A stretch of 64,000 bases of DNA. It comes from Myxococcota bacterium. GTDB lineage: Bacteria > Myxococcota_A > UBA9042 > PHBI01 > JAWLBL01. The notes under the pieces were generated by a model. That model was not told the origin of the DNA. It saw only the letters and a list, made by a program, of their open reading frames with translations, and ran no database searches. Every line of letters begins with the position of its first letter. Positions within the stretch are counted from its first letter, which is position 1. Both the position numbers and the translations under genes were made by a program. The DNA is taken from assembly GCA_041687695.1 (NCBI GenBank), contig JAWLBL010000017.1, positions 1 through 64,000 of the forward strand. The letters run 5' to 3'. Positions 1 to 9,539 of the stretch are shown piece after piece.

Positions 1-98
1 GCTCTACTGGGCCACACGAGCACGGCTGACGCCTCGCTTCGCTAGCCGGGCGGCCCCACAAGCCGAGCGCCTCGGTGCAATTCCCTACAGGCTCCTAG
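1..98. mobile_element. Possible end of an IS5/IS701-like insertion sequence (terminal inverted repeat plus CTAG target site)
   Basis: AATTCCCTACAGGCTC (79-94; GAGCCTGTAGGGAATT on minus) abuts CTAG (95-98) where the SIR2-like ORF terminates. GAGCCTGT-type ends and YTAR targets are typical of these IS families. No transposase is recognisable in the window. Confidence 0.35.
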
Positions 99-279
99 CA
101 CCGATCGTACGACCGACCTGTGCCGCGAGCTCGGCGTCGAGCGCGGGCGTCTCGGCCAGCTGCCGGATGAGTGACGTCCACTGGGGCAACTTCGCTTCGG
201 CCGAGAAGCCGGCGCCGACGAAGGCGACACAACGCCCTTGCTGAATGTCGTCGATGAGGCTCTGGGGCAGGTTCACCAT
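85..279 (-). pseudogene. Truncated SIR2-like (SIR2_2) protein, N-terminal fragment
   Basis: GRCVAFVGAGFSAEAKLPQWTSLIRQL is the typical SIR2_2 N-terminal motif, but the ORF stops after 64 aa. Confidence 0.7.
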
Positions 280-394
280 GGGGCGGCTCCGGGAACGTCG
301 AACCTGGGGCCCGAGGGTTCGGCGTGGGTGGGGCCGGCGCAGCTCAGGTCGAGCCGGGCGACGGCGGCAACGCGGCCCGGGATGGGCCGGGGAG

Positions 395-964
395 TCAGTC
401 GCGGCTGGGGTACTTGGAGAGCTTGCGTTGCAGGGAGCGGCGGTGCAGGCCGAGGCGGCGGGCGGCCTCGGAGATGTTGCCGCCGCAGTCGGCCAGGACG
501 CGGTTGATGTGCTCCCACTCGGCGCGGGCGAGGGTGGGGGCGCGGAAGTCGGCGGTGGTGGGGGTCAGCGGCGGGGCGGCGGACTTGTCGAAGGCGGCGA
601 GCAGGTCGTCGACGTCGGCGGGTTTGGGCAGGTAGTGGACGGCGCCGAGACGGATGGCCTCGACCGCGGTGGCGATGCTGCCGTAGCCGGTCAGGACGAC
701 GATGCGGGTGGTGGGGTCGAGCGCGAGCAGGTCGCGGACCAGCTCGAGGCCCGACAGGCCGGGCATGCGCAGGTCGACGACGGCCAGCTCGGGCATGTCG
801 TCGCGGGCCGAGGCCATGGCCTGGTCGTAGTCGGCGGCGGCGCGGACGTCGAAGCCACGGCGGGTGAAGGCGCGGACCAGGCTGGCGCGGAAGACGTCGT
901 CGTCGTCGACCACCAGGATGGACGGAGGCGAGTCGGCGGCGGCGGGGGGCGGCGGTGGGGTCAT
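395..964 (-). CDS. regA: RegA/PrrA/ActR-family response regulator
   Basis: REC domain (ILVVDDD, VVDLRMPG, LTGYGSIATAVEAIRLGA) and Fis-type HTH (EWEHINRVLADCGGNISEAARRLGLHRRSLQRKL). ATG at 964 overlaps the regB stop. Confidence 0.93.
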   Translation of the reverse strand: MTPPPPPAAADSPPSILVVDDDDVFRASLVRAFTRRGFDVRAAADYDQAMASARDDMPELAVVDLRMPGLSGLELVRDLLALDPTTRIVVLTGYGSIATAVEAIRLGAVHYLPKPADVDDLLAAFDKSAAPPLTPTTADFRAPTLARAEWEHINRVLADCGGNISEAARRLGLHRRSLQRKLSKYPSRD

Positions 965-2298
965 CGGGCCCTCGGGGGTGGGGACAGGGGCAGCTCGACG
1001 TGGGCGCGGGTGCCGGCGCCGGGCTCCGAGGTCAGCTGCAGCCGGCCGCCGTGGGCCGCGACGACGGCGCGGGCCAGGAAGACGCCGAGGCCCATGCCCT
1101 TGCCGGTGGGGCGGGTGGTGAAGAAGGGCTCGCCGACGCGGTCGAGCAGGTCCGGGGGGATGCCGGGGCCCCGGTCGGCGATGTCGAGGGACAGGGTGTC
1201 CGCGTCGGCGCGGGCGGTGAGGGAGACGCCCTGGGGGCCGGCGGCGGCGATGGCGTTGTCGAGCAGGCCGCGGAGGGCGCGGGCGAGGTTGCCGGCTTGC
1301 ACCGTCAGCGTGCGCGCGGCGAGGTCCGGGGGCACCTCGGGGGCGATCTGATGGCCCGCGGGGGACTCGGCGAGCGTGGCGGTGACCAGCTCGGCGACGG
1401 TGAGCTGCGTGACGGGCTCGCCGCGGGGCTGTCCGGCGTCGCCCGCCAGGCGGTCGAGCACGGCACGGCAGCGGCCCACCTCGGCGCGGATGAGGCGAGC
1501 GTCCTCGCGGGCGTCGTCGTCGGGGGGGGCGGCCAGGGCTTGCTCGAGCTCCTTGGAGAGCACGGCGATGGTGGACAGCGGGGTCGACAGCTCGTGGGCG
1601 GCGCCGGCGGCGAGGGTGCCCAGGGCGGCAAGGCGCTCGCTGCGGGCGGCCTGGTCGCGGGCGCGGGCCAGCTCGGCGTCGCGGGCGGCCAGGGCGCGGT
1701 TGATGCGGCTGGTGAAGTAGACGATGAACAGGGCGGCGACCGCGAAGGCGACCCACATCCCGCGCATGTGGACGTCCATGGCGACGTCGTGGCCGGCCGC
1801 GGCCTGGGCGTGCGAGTGGGCGTGGTGGGCGTGGGCGGCGGCGGGGGCTGCGAAGCGCATCGGGACGTGGTCGACGAAGAGCAGGGCGAACAGGCCCGCC
1901 GAGAGCGCCGCCAGCGGCCAGGTCCAGCGGGTGTCGAGGACGACCGCGGCCAGGGCGATGAAGACCAGGTAGAGGAAGTTGAAGGGGTTGCTGGGACCGC
2001 CGGTGAAGTAGAGCAGGGCGGTCAAGGCGATGACGTCGACGACCAGGACGGCGGCGACGTGGCGCGCGGCGATGGGGCGGTCCGAGTCCGAGTGGAGCCG
2101 CGCGTGGGCGATGACGTTCGAGAGCAGCTCGGCGCCCACGATGGCCATCAGCGGGCCCCAGGGCAGCATGAGGTCCACCAGGGCCACGGCCGCCAGCATG
2201 GTGAGCACCTGACCGATGAGCGCAGCCCAGCGCAGGCGGACCAGCCAGCGGAGGTTGGTCGCGTGGGCGTGGGCCGGCGTCGGGAGAGGCGAGGTCAC
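961..2298 (-). CDS. regB: RegB/PrrB/ActS-family sensor histidine kinase
   Basis: LRW in TM1, GGPSNPF quinone motif, H-box AAHELSTPL, RCR cysteine, HATPase DRGPG and GMGLG. GTG start overlaps the upstream stop. Confidence 0.9.
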   Translation of the reverse strand: MTSPLPTPAHAHATNLRWLVRLRWAALIGQVLTMLAAVALVDLMLPWGPLMAIVGAELLSNVIAHARLHSDSDRPIAARHVAAVLVVDVIALTALLYFTGGPSNPFNFLYLVFIALAAVVLDTRWTWPLAALSAGLFALLFVDHVPMRFAAPAAAHAHHAHSHAQAAAGHDVAMDVHMRGMWVAFAVAALFIVYFTSRINRALAARDAELARARDQAARSERLAALGTLAAGAAHELSTPLSTIAVLSKELEQALAAPPDDDAREDARLIRAEVGRCRAVLDRLAGDAGQPRGEPVTQLTVAELVTATLAESPAGHQIAPEVPPDLAARTLTVQAGNLARALRGLLDNAIAAAGPQGVSLTARADADTLSLDIADRGPGIPPDLLDRVGEPFFTTRPTGKGMGLGVFLARAVVAAHGGRLQLTSEPGAGTRAHVELPLSPPPRAR

Positions 2299-2942
2299 GG
2301 GGACGTGGAGGCCTTCTGGGTGCCGCAATCGGTCGGTTCGGAGAGCGAGCGGGTGATCATGCAGCCCCAGGCCGGGGTCTGGCGCTGGGGCGGGGCGCCG
2401 GCGAGTGTGGCATCGAGCGCGTCGGCGAGCCAGGGCTGGCGATCGGGGGCGCCGGGGAGGCGCTCGTTGTCGATCCAGCCGCGGAAGGCGACCACGCCGT
2501 CGGGGGTGAGGACGACGGCGGTGGGGGTGCTGACGACGCCCAGGCGGCGGGCCAGGGCGCCGTGAGGGTCGTGCAGCAGGGGAAGCGGGGCGGACGCTGC
2601 GTGCCGGGCGAGGGTGGCCGGGTCGTCGTCGGCGTTGCTGGCGACGAAGACGAGGGCGACGCCGCGGGGGGCGTAGCGGTCGCGCAGGTCGGCGATGCGG
2701 TCGAGGTAGCGGCCGACGCAGGGGCAGCGGCTGGACCACCAGATGAGGACGGTCGCCGAGTGGGAGCGGGCGGTCTGGGCGAGGTCGAACGGGGCGCCGT
2801 CGGGGGCCAGCAGCGGGGCGGCGTCGGCGGGGAGGCGGTCGGCGGGGGCGGTGGTGGCGCAGGCTGCGAGCATGCTGGCGAGGGCGAAGGCGGCGGCGGC
2901 GAGGGCGGCGGCGAGGGCGGCGGCGAGGGAGCGTTTCATCAT
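2295..2942 (-). CDS. Exported thioredoxin-fold redoxin (AhpC/TSA, PRX-like) lipoprotein
   Basis: Signal peptide with LAAC, WWSSRCPCV, TPTAVVL, FRGWIDN and C-terminal GCMI. Confidence 0.8.
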   Translation of the reverse strand: MMKRSLAAALAAALAAAAFALASMLAACATTAPADRLPADAAPLLAPDGAPFDLAQTARSHSATVLIWWSSRCPCVGRYLDRIADLRDRYAPRGVALVFVASNADDDPATLARHAASAPLPLLHDPHGALARRLGVVSTPTAVVLTPDGVVAFRGWIDNERLPGAPDRQPWLADALDATLAGAPPQRQTPAWGCMITRSLSEPTDCGTQKASTSP

Positions 2943-3874
2943 TAGAAGTGTCCGTAGCGCAGGCCGAGGGTGGTCGTGATGCGTCCCGGATGATTGTCAC
3001 CGAGGCCGTCGAGGAACAGCCCGGAGTCGAGCGCGGCCTGGGCGGTCCAGTTGGGGGTGAGGCGCCACGAGGCGGCCAGGCCCAGGCCCAGATCGGCGCG
3101 GTCGGAGCCCTCGATGGAGCGGCCGGCGAGGGTCAGCGGGGCCTGCCAGGAGGCGCGGGTGACGAGGCTCAGGACCAGATCCCGGGACAGCTCGGCGCCG
3201 CCAGCGGCCACGGCGGAGAGCTCGACGCCGTAGCGTTGGGTGGCGTCGACGTCGGGGCGGTGGGCCGGGAGGGGGACCGAGACGCCGAGGTCGAGGCGGG
3301 CGTACCAGGGCAGGTGGGTGCGCTCGAGGCTGAGGCCGGCGGAGGCGACCCAGGCGCCGCGGCCGGTGACGTCGACGCCCAGCGGGGTCGTGGCGTCGTG
3401 GGTGGCGCGGCCGGTGGGGGCGGTGACCGTCGCGGTGAGGGCGACGGCGGGCAGCTCGACGTACTCGCCGACGGCCAGCAGCTCGTAGCGCAGGCCCGCG
3501 GAGACGTCGGCGAGGCCGGTGCCCAGGTCGTCGGTGGGCGTGGCGCCCTGGGAGGCTCGGCGGTTGACCAGCCAGGGGACGCGGGCGAAGGCGGAGGCGC
3601 GGCGGGAGAGGGCGGCCATGCCCCACAGCTCGGTGCGCCACTCGAGGTCGGCGTAGTCGCGATAGGGGCGCCAGCGGCCGGCCTGGTCCCAGTCGCCCAG
3701 CGCGGGCGAGACGGAGGTGCGCAGGCCCACCGCGAAGTCCTCCCAGATGAGCAGGCGCCCCGCGCCGAAGGCGGTCGCCGACATGCAGCAGGCGGCGGCG
3801 TGGGCGGCGGCGGGGGCGGCGACGGCGGCGAGCAGGGTCGCCGCCGCGGCCAGGCTGGCGCGGTGGGGGCGCAT
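2942..3874 (-). CDS. Outer-membrane beta-barrel, putative transporter with N-terminal CCM motif
   Basis: Signal peptide ending AHA-AACCM, GLADVSAGLRY, APTG motif, amphipathic strands and C-terminal LGLRYGHF. Confidence 0.7.
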   Translation of the reverse strand: MRPHRASLAAAATLLAAVAAPAAAHAAACCMSATAFGAGRLLIWEDFAVGLRTSVSPALGDWDQAGRWRPYRDYADLEWRTELWGMAALSRRASAFARVPWLVNRRASQGATPTDDLGTGLADVSAGLRYELLAVGEYVELPAVALTATVTAPTGRATHDATTPLGVDVTGRGAWVASAGLSLERTHLPWYARLDLGVSVPLPAHRPDVDATQRYGVELSAVAAGGAELSRDLVLSLVTRASWQAPLTLAGRSIEGSDRADLGLGLAASWRLTPNWTAQAALDSGLFLDGLGDNHPGRITTTLGLRYGHF

Positions 3875-3878
3875 GGGG

Positions 3879-4286
3879 TCAGTTCACCTCGACCGGGAGG
3901 TCGAGCGACCCCTCGCGGCCGGCGCCGTCGGTGGCGGTGACGTGGACGACCCAGGGGCCCTTCATCTGGAAGGTGACCGGGAAGGCCTGGTAGTCGCCGG
4001 CGCCGAGGTCGGTCACGGTCGGGGTCTCGGTGGAGCCGTGGCCGTGCGAGGGCATCTGGGGGTCGACGACGACCGTGGCGCCGGCGATCGGGTCGCCGTC
4101 GGGGTCGGTGAGGTGGATGTCGAGGGTGTTCTGGCCGACGGCGGCGGTGGCCGTGAGCGTGGCCGTGACGGTGAGGGTCTGGGGGGTGGGGGTGGGGTCG
4201 GAGCCGTCGCTGTCGCAGGCGGCGGCCAGCAGGGGCAGGGTGAGGGCGAACAAGGCGGCGAGCAGGGGCAGGGGGCGTGGGCGCAT
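3879..4286 (-). CDS. YtkA/FixH-family lipoprotein
   Basis: Lipobox AAAC, VGQN, PQMPSHGHGS and FQMKGPW. Confidence 0.85.
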   Translation of the reverse strand: MRPRPLPLLAALFALTLPLLAAACDSDGSDPTPTPQTLTVTATLTATAAVGQNTLDIHLTDPDGDPIAGATVVVDPQMPSHGHGSTETPTVTDLGAGDYQAFPVTFQMKGPWVVHVTATDGAGREGSLDLPVEVN

Positions 4287-4364
4287 GGGGGCTCCGGGGT
4301 CGGGCGGACGCGTGGCCCGCGTGGGTGGTGTCCGACTGATACCAACCCAGGGGCGCGGCGGGGA

Positions 4365-4381
4365 TGTGACACGTTGTCGCA
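4365..4381. promoter_or_regulatory. RegR/RegA-type binding box
   Basis: Imperfect palindrome TGTGAC-ACGTT-GTCGCA matching GNG(A/G)C-N5-GTCGC, ~80 bp upstream of the ytkA..regA operon. Confidence 0.65.
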
Positions 4382-4500
4382 GTGCGTGATCGGGGCGGCT
4401 GGGGGACGGGGCGCGGAGGTGCGTGCCGGGTCGGGGGGCTTGGTGCGGTCGGGGCGGGTGAGGGCGCGGGCGGTGGGGCGGTCGGGGTCCAGGGCGCCGG

Positions 4501-4630
4501 CGGCACGGGCCGGAGCGCTGGCGGGCGGCGCGGGTCGGGGGCCGGCGGGCGGCACGGGCCGGAGCGCTGGCGGGCGGCGCGGGTCGGGGGCCGGCGGGCG
4601 GCGCGGGTCGGGGGCCGGCGGGCGGCGCGG
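4501..4630. repeat. Intergenic GC-rich tandem repeat (49-bp unit x2 with an extra 24-bp subunit)
   Basis: ggcacgggccggagcgctggcgggc and ggcgcgggtcgggggccggcgggc are reiterated. Confidence 0.85.
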
Positions 4631-4804
4631 TGGGGTCGCGGGGCCTCACCGGGTGGGGACTGCCGGTCCTGACGCGGTCGGGCGTGGTGGGCGCGGTCCG
4701 TCCAGGGTCGGCGGTTCCTGGTGGGTGGGGTCGGGTGTCCCCAGAGTGGGGGACGTGGGGGCTGGATGGGCCTGAACGCATGCGCAGTTTGGTGGGGGCC
4801 CAGG

Positions 4805-4820
4805 TGGCACGGCACGTGCT
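4805..4820 (+). promoter_or_regulatory. Putative sigma-54 promoter
   Basis: TGGCACGGCACGTGCT has GG-N10-GC spacing and one mismatch to TGGCACG-N4-TTGCW. Confidence 0.45.
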
Positions 4821-5141
4821 TTGGACGGGGCGCGCGTCGAGGTGCGGGCGGCGGGAGAGGGCGGGGAGCGCGGAGGCGGAGGAAGGCGGATGGGTGCGCA
4901 GGGGCGGGAGCAGCAAGGGAGGAGCGCGCGTCGGGTGTGGTCGGGGCACGCTGGGTACGGGAAGGGGAGCCGTGGTGGTGAGGTTGGTGGCGAGCCGGTG
5001 CGAGTCGACGGCCGACGCGGGCTTGGGACGCCACGGAGCGGCGGCGCGCCGAGGATCGACGAAGGCGGTTGTCTGGGAGCGGGCGCGGTGGCAGGGTCTC
5101 GGGCGTCCCGTTCGAGGCTCAGCGGTCCGGGAGCAGTCGAG

Positions 5142-8100
5142 ATGGTGGTCAGTCAACGCAACGAGACGGCGGCGGCGCGAATCCGAGAGGCCGAGACGCT
5201 CGAGGGCATGTACCGGACGATCGCGGCGGCGCGGCTGCAGTATCTGGCTGATGCGCCGGTGACCGCCTTCAGCGACAGCCCCGGCGCACGGGACAAGGTG
5301 CTGATCCAGGCCTGGGAGGCGGCCGCGCAGCTGTCGAGGTGCAAAACCCTGGGGCAAGCGCTGGCGAGCGAGGCCTTCGAGGAGCGGCTGGTGTCCCTGC
5401 TCGGTTTCGACCGCGGGGGCGAGCTGCTGGGGCTGCTGCGGGACTGGCTGGCCGAGGTGGCGAAGCGAGGGCGGCTCGATGAGGGCGTCGACGAGGGGCC
5501 GACGCCAACACGAAGTGCTCCAGAGCTGTCAGCGTGGGCCAAGGACGAGGGTTTGGGGGACGCGCTCCAGGCTTCCGTGTACACGGTCGTGGAGCGGCAC
5601 TCGCCCGACGCGCGATGGGCGGCCAAGCGACGGCTCTCCACGGTGGCGGCGCTCCTGACGCAGTCCAGACTGCCGACCCACCTGCTGGGCGCCGCTCAGG
5701 CCTATCTCGAGGCCGAGCATCGCAGGAGGCGCGAGCTGCTGGACCGCGAGGCTGCGTGGCTAGAGGGGCTGACCCCGCCAGCGTCACCCCGCGTCCGCGA
5801 GGCCTTCGAGCGCCTGCTCGTCCTGCGTCGGCAGCTGCGACAACGGACCGTGGCTAGACACCAGGGCGAGGCCGGGGCGCTGCAGGTCGCTCTGGATCGC
5901 GACGGGCCCTCGGTGGTGGTGTCCGAGGGCGCCTACTACTGGGAGCAGCATCGGACGACGCTGGGCGTCTCGGCCGAGCGCGTGCACATCGGCTGCTCGT
6001 GCCCGGGTGACCTCCCGAGTCGATGCAGCAAGGCGGTCACCGCCCTGGACCACGTGATCGCGTTGCTCTCCCAACCTCCATCCGGTTCCGAGGCGTTGGC
6101 CGGGCAGCTGGCGGCCGAGCTGGAGCGGCCCGCATGGAGCCGGCTGCTGGCGGAGCTCGAGGGCGCGCTGACGGGTGCAGAGGACCCCCGGGGGGCCCAG
6201 GCCGCCGAGGCCTTCGAGGTGGGTTGGCGGGTGCGGTCGAATGGCGGCGGCTACACGATCAACCCGCTGGAGTGCCGGTCCAAGGCGAAGGGGGCTGGCT
6301 GGCGGGTGACAGCGGCGCGGTTCGCGGCCCTGTGGGCGAACTCCGACGGTGGCCTGCATGGCGCGGACCACGCGGTGCTCTCGATGCTGATGCCGGGACC
6401 CGACTCGACGCCGCCGGAGGACCGGCGGTGTTTCGTCGACCGCGCGACCGCCCACCTGGTGCTGGCGCGCCTGGTGGGCCACCCGCGGGTGTTCGGCGCG
6501 CGGAGCACGCCTGTCGCCGTGAGCCGGGCCCAGTGCGAGATCGCGGTCTCGCGCGACGAGGAAGGGCGCATGCACCTCCAGCCGCAGCTCGACGGGCGGC
6601 CGCTCGACCCGGGGGAGCTGATGCGTGTCGCATCGCTGCCGGTGGCGAACGGCTGGGCGGTGAAGGAGGACGCCACTGGGGACTTCGTCCTCATCCCGAT
6701 GACCCGGGCGCTCAAGCGGACCCTGGATGTCCTGAGCCGACGCGGGCTGCGCGTCGACGGAGACGGGGCTCGCGCCCTCATCGAGCGGCTGCCCACCATG
6801 GGGGACGTGCTGCCGATGGCGCTGGCGCCCGAACTCAGGGGAGTCGAGGTCGTCGCGGACCCGCGGCCGCACGTGGGCCTGGGGTTGGTCGGTGACGGGC
6901 AGCTGTTGGTGCGCGCGTGGGTGCATCCCCTCCCTGAGGGAGGCGTGCGGACGCCCGGCCGCGGAGCGCGCGAGGTCTACGCGGTGCGCGACGGCGAGCC
7001 GGTCCATGCGGTCCGAGACCTCGACGAGGAGCGTCGGAGGCTGCTGGCGCTGGCGCTGCCCGAGGGCACCTCGAGCCAGGAGGGGGCGCTCGTCTCCGAT
7101 GTCGCCGAAGCCCTGATGCTGACGGAGCGCTTGGAGGCGGCGCAGGACGAAGCCGTCGTGACCTGGGGCGAACGGCGTCTGCGTGTGCTCCAGGCGTCCA
7201 GCGCCGGCCAGGTGCGCTTCGCCGTGCGCGACATGAAGCACTGGTTCGGCGTGGCGGGCGCCATCGAGGTCGACGGCGGCGAGGTGTCGCTGGACGAGGT
7301 ACTGAAGGCGCTGGGCAGCGGCCAGCGCCACGTGCGGGTGAAGGGCGACCTGTGGGTGCGGCTCGAGCAGCAGCTGGTCGACGCGCTGGCGCCGACGTTG
7401 GACGGCCTTCATAGCGGTCGACATGGGCTCGAGGTGTCGGCGGGGCTGGCTCCCGTCGTCGAAGCGCTGGCCGAGGCCGGGGCCGTCGTCGAGGCGCCGC
7501 CGTCGTGGGTGGGACGCGTCGGGCGGATGCGCGAAGCGCAGGGTTGGGAGGCGCCGCTGCCAGAGGGCTTGCGGGCCGAGCTGCGCGACTATCAGCTCGC
7601 TGGGTATCGCTGGTTGGCGAGGCTGGCGCGCTGGGCGGACGGGGCGTGCCTGGCCGATGACATGGGGCTCGGCAAGACCCTGCAAGCGCTGACGCTGCTG
7701 CTGCACCGGCAGGCGCAGGGGCCGGCGTTGGTCGTGGCGCCGACCTCGGTCGGCTTCAACTGGCTGCGCGAGGCCGAGCGCTTCGCGCCCTCTCTGCGCG
7801 TGAACGCCTATCGCGGGGCCGGCCGCGAGCGACTGCTCGAGGGACTGGCGGCCGGGGACGTGCTGGTCACCAGCTACGATCTGTTGGCGCGCGATGCCGA
7901 GGTGTTGGCCGGGGTCGCGTGGGCGACCGTGGTGTTCGACGAGGCGCAGGCCATCAAGAACGCCGACACTCGCCGGGCCAAGGCGGCCTTCCGGCTGGAG
8001 GCGTCGTTCCGGCTGGCCCTGACCGGCACGCCGGTCGAGAACCGGACCGGAGAGCTGTGGAGCCTGTTCCGCGTCATCGCGCCGGGGCTGCTGGGCAGCC

Positions 8101-9443
8101 TGGAGGCCTTCACGAAGAGGTGGGTGGCGCCCATCGATCGCGATCAGGACGTCGACGCGCGGGCGCGTCTGGGGCGGCTGGTGCGGCCCTTCATCTTGAG
8201 GCGGCTCAAGGGCGAGGTAGCGCGCGAGCTGCCCGAGCGGACCGAGGTAGTGGTCGAGGTCGAGCTGTCCTCGGCGGAGCGGCGGCTGTACGAGGACGTC
8301 CGCAAGGCCGCGCTGCAGGTGCTGACCGACGAGACGCTGGGGCTCGCGCCCAACGAGCGGCGCTTCAAGGCACTGGCAGCAATCACGCGGCTGCGGCAGC
8401 TGGCCTGCCACCCCAAGCTGGTGGACGAGGGGGCGAGCGTAGGCTCGTCGAAGCTGAAGCGGGTCGTGGAGCTGCTGGGCGAGCTGCGCGACGAAGGGCA
8501 CCGGGCGCTGGTGTTCAGCCAGTTCACGGGGCACCTGGCGCTGGTGAGGCAGGCGCTCGAGGCCGAGGGGTTCGCGATCCGGTACCTGGACGGATCCACT
8601 CCCGAGGCGAAGCGCCGGGAAGAGGTGGACGCGTTCCAGGCCGGCGGGGGGGACGTGTTCCTCATCTCGCTGAAGGCGGGCGGGACGGGGCTGAACCTGA
8701 CGGCCGCGACCTATGTGCTGCACCTGGACCCGTGGTGGAACCCGGCGGTCGAGGACCAGGCCACCGACCGCGCGCACCGCATCGGCCAGACCGAGGCCGT
8801 GACTGTGTATCGGCTGGTCGCGACGGGCACGATCGAGGAGTCCATCCTGGCGCTGCACGAGTCCAAGCGCGCGCTGATGGCGGCGCTGATGGATGGGACC
8901 GGCTCGTCCGCGGCCCTGTCGGCCGACGAGCTCGTGGCGCTGATCGCCTCGGAGGGGAGCGCCACGTTCGGGTCGGAGGGCGACGCGGAAGAGGAACCGA
9001 CTGAGCAGCAGGCGGCGGCGGCAGGACCGGGCGGCGAGGGGCATGACCGTGTGAGCACGCGCTCGGAGCCGGCAGCGGCGGAGCGGAAGCGCGCCGACCA
9101 AGCAGCGGCACCAGCGAAGGGAGGCCGCCCTGTGGGGTCGGAACCGGTCGCTGCGGCCGCGGTCCCAGAGGGAGCGCTGAGCCTGCAGGCGCTGGAGGAG
9201 GCGTTCGTTCTGGCGCTGGCCGACTCGTCGTTGGGGGCGGCGTCGCGGCGCAACTACGAGCGCAACGGCCGACGCTTTCTCGAGGTCCTGCGCGAGCAGG
9301 GGTACGAGCACTTGACCGCCGCGCAGCTGTCGGAGGCGACCTGGCAGGTCGTCGAGCTGCTGGCCGAGGGCGCGATCGAGGCGCCCGCGTCGGCGGTCAA
9401 GCTCTACCCGATGCTGGCTCGCAAGATGCTGGACCTGTTGTAG
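5142..9443 (+). CDS. SWIM-SNF2 family helicase/ATPase with C-terminal extension (start uncertain; frame open from 4821)
   Basis: CSC-x7-C SWIM-like motif, LRDYQ, LADDMGLGKT, FDEAQAIKN, LTGTPVEN, VFSQF, ISLKAGGTGLNL, DPWWNP and QATDRAHRIGQ. Confidence 0.93.
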   Translation: MVVSQRNETAAARIREAETLEGMYRTIAAARLQYLADAPVTAFSDSPGARDKVLIQAWEAAAQLSRCKTLGQALASEAFEERLVSLLGFDRGGELLGLLRDWLAEVAKRGRLDEGVDEGPTPTRSAPELSAWAKDEGLGDALQASVYTVVERHSPDARWAAKRRLSTVAALLTQSRLPTHLLGAAQAYLEAEHRRRRELLDREAAWLEGLTPPASPRVREAFERLLVLRRQLRQRTVARHQGEAGALQVALDRDGPSVVVSEGAYYWEQHRTTLGVSAERVHIGCSCPGDLPSRCSKAVTALDHVIALLSQPPSGSEALAGQLAAELERPAWSRLLAELEGALTGAEDPRGAQAAEAFEVGWRVRSNGGGYTINPLECRSKAKGAGWRVTAARFAALWANSDGGLHGADHAVLSMLMPGPDSTPPEDRRCFVDRATAHLVLARLVGHPRVFGARSTPVAVSRAQCEIAVSRDEEGRMHLQPQLDGRPLDPGELMRVASLPVANGWAVKEDATGDFVLIPMTRALKRTLDVLSRRGLRVDGDGARALIERLPTMGDVLPMALAPELRGVEVVADPRPHVGLGLVGDGQLLVRAWVHPLPEGGVRTPGRGAREVYAVRDGEPVHAVRDLDEERRRLLALALPEGTSSQEGALVSDVAEALMLTERLEAAQDEAVVTWGERRLRVLQASSAGQVRFAVRDMKHWFGVAGAIEVDGGEVSLDEVLKALGSGQRHVRVKGDLWVRLEQQLVDALAPTLDGLHSGRHGLEVSAGLAPVVEALAEAGAVVEAPPSWVGRVGRMREAQGWEAPLPEGLRAELRDYQLAGYRWLARLARWADGACLADDMGLGKTLQALTLLLHRQAQGPALVVAPTSVGFNWLREAERFAPSLRVNAYRGAGRERLLEGLAAGDVLVTSYDLLARDAEVLAGVAWATVVFDEAQAIKNADTRRAKAAFRLEASFRLALTGTPVENRTGELWSLFRVIAPGLLGSLEAFTKRWVAPIDRDQDVDARARLGRLVRPFILRRLKGEVARELPERTEVVVEVELSSAERRLYEDVRKAALQVLTDETLGLAPNERRFKALAAITRLRQLACHPKLVDEGASVGSSKLKRVVELLGELRDEGHRALVFSQFTGHLALVRQALEAEGFAIRYLDGSTPEAKRREEVDAFQAGGGDVFLISLKAGGTGLNLTAATYVLHLDPWWNPAVEDQATDRAHRIGQTEAVTVYRLVATGTIEESILALHESKRALMAALMDGTGSSAALSADELVALIASEGSATFGSEGDAEEEPTEQQAAAAGPGGEGHDRVSTRSEPAAAERKRADQAAAPAKGGRPVGSEPVAAAAVPEGALSLQALEEAFVLALADSSLGAASRRNYERNGRRFLEVLREQGYEHLTAAQLSEATWQVVELLAEGAIEAPASAVKLYPMLARKMLDLL

Positions 9444-9539
9444 CCCTCATCCCATCGCCGGGTGAGGTCGGGACTTGGTAGCGCGCCGTCGGTGCGAGCG
9501 CCGACGGCGCGGGTGTGGGCGTGTCGATGCGGCTTGGGC

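Noticed and set aside
5021..5030. CTTGGGAC as a partner arm site of the tRNA-proximal repeats
   Set aside because: A single 8-mer with no tRNA duplicate nearby is likely chance.
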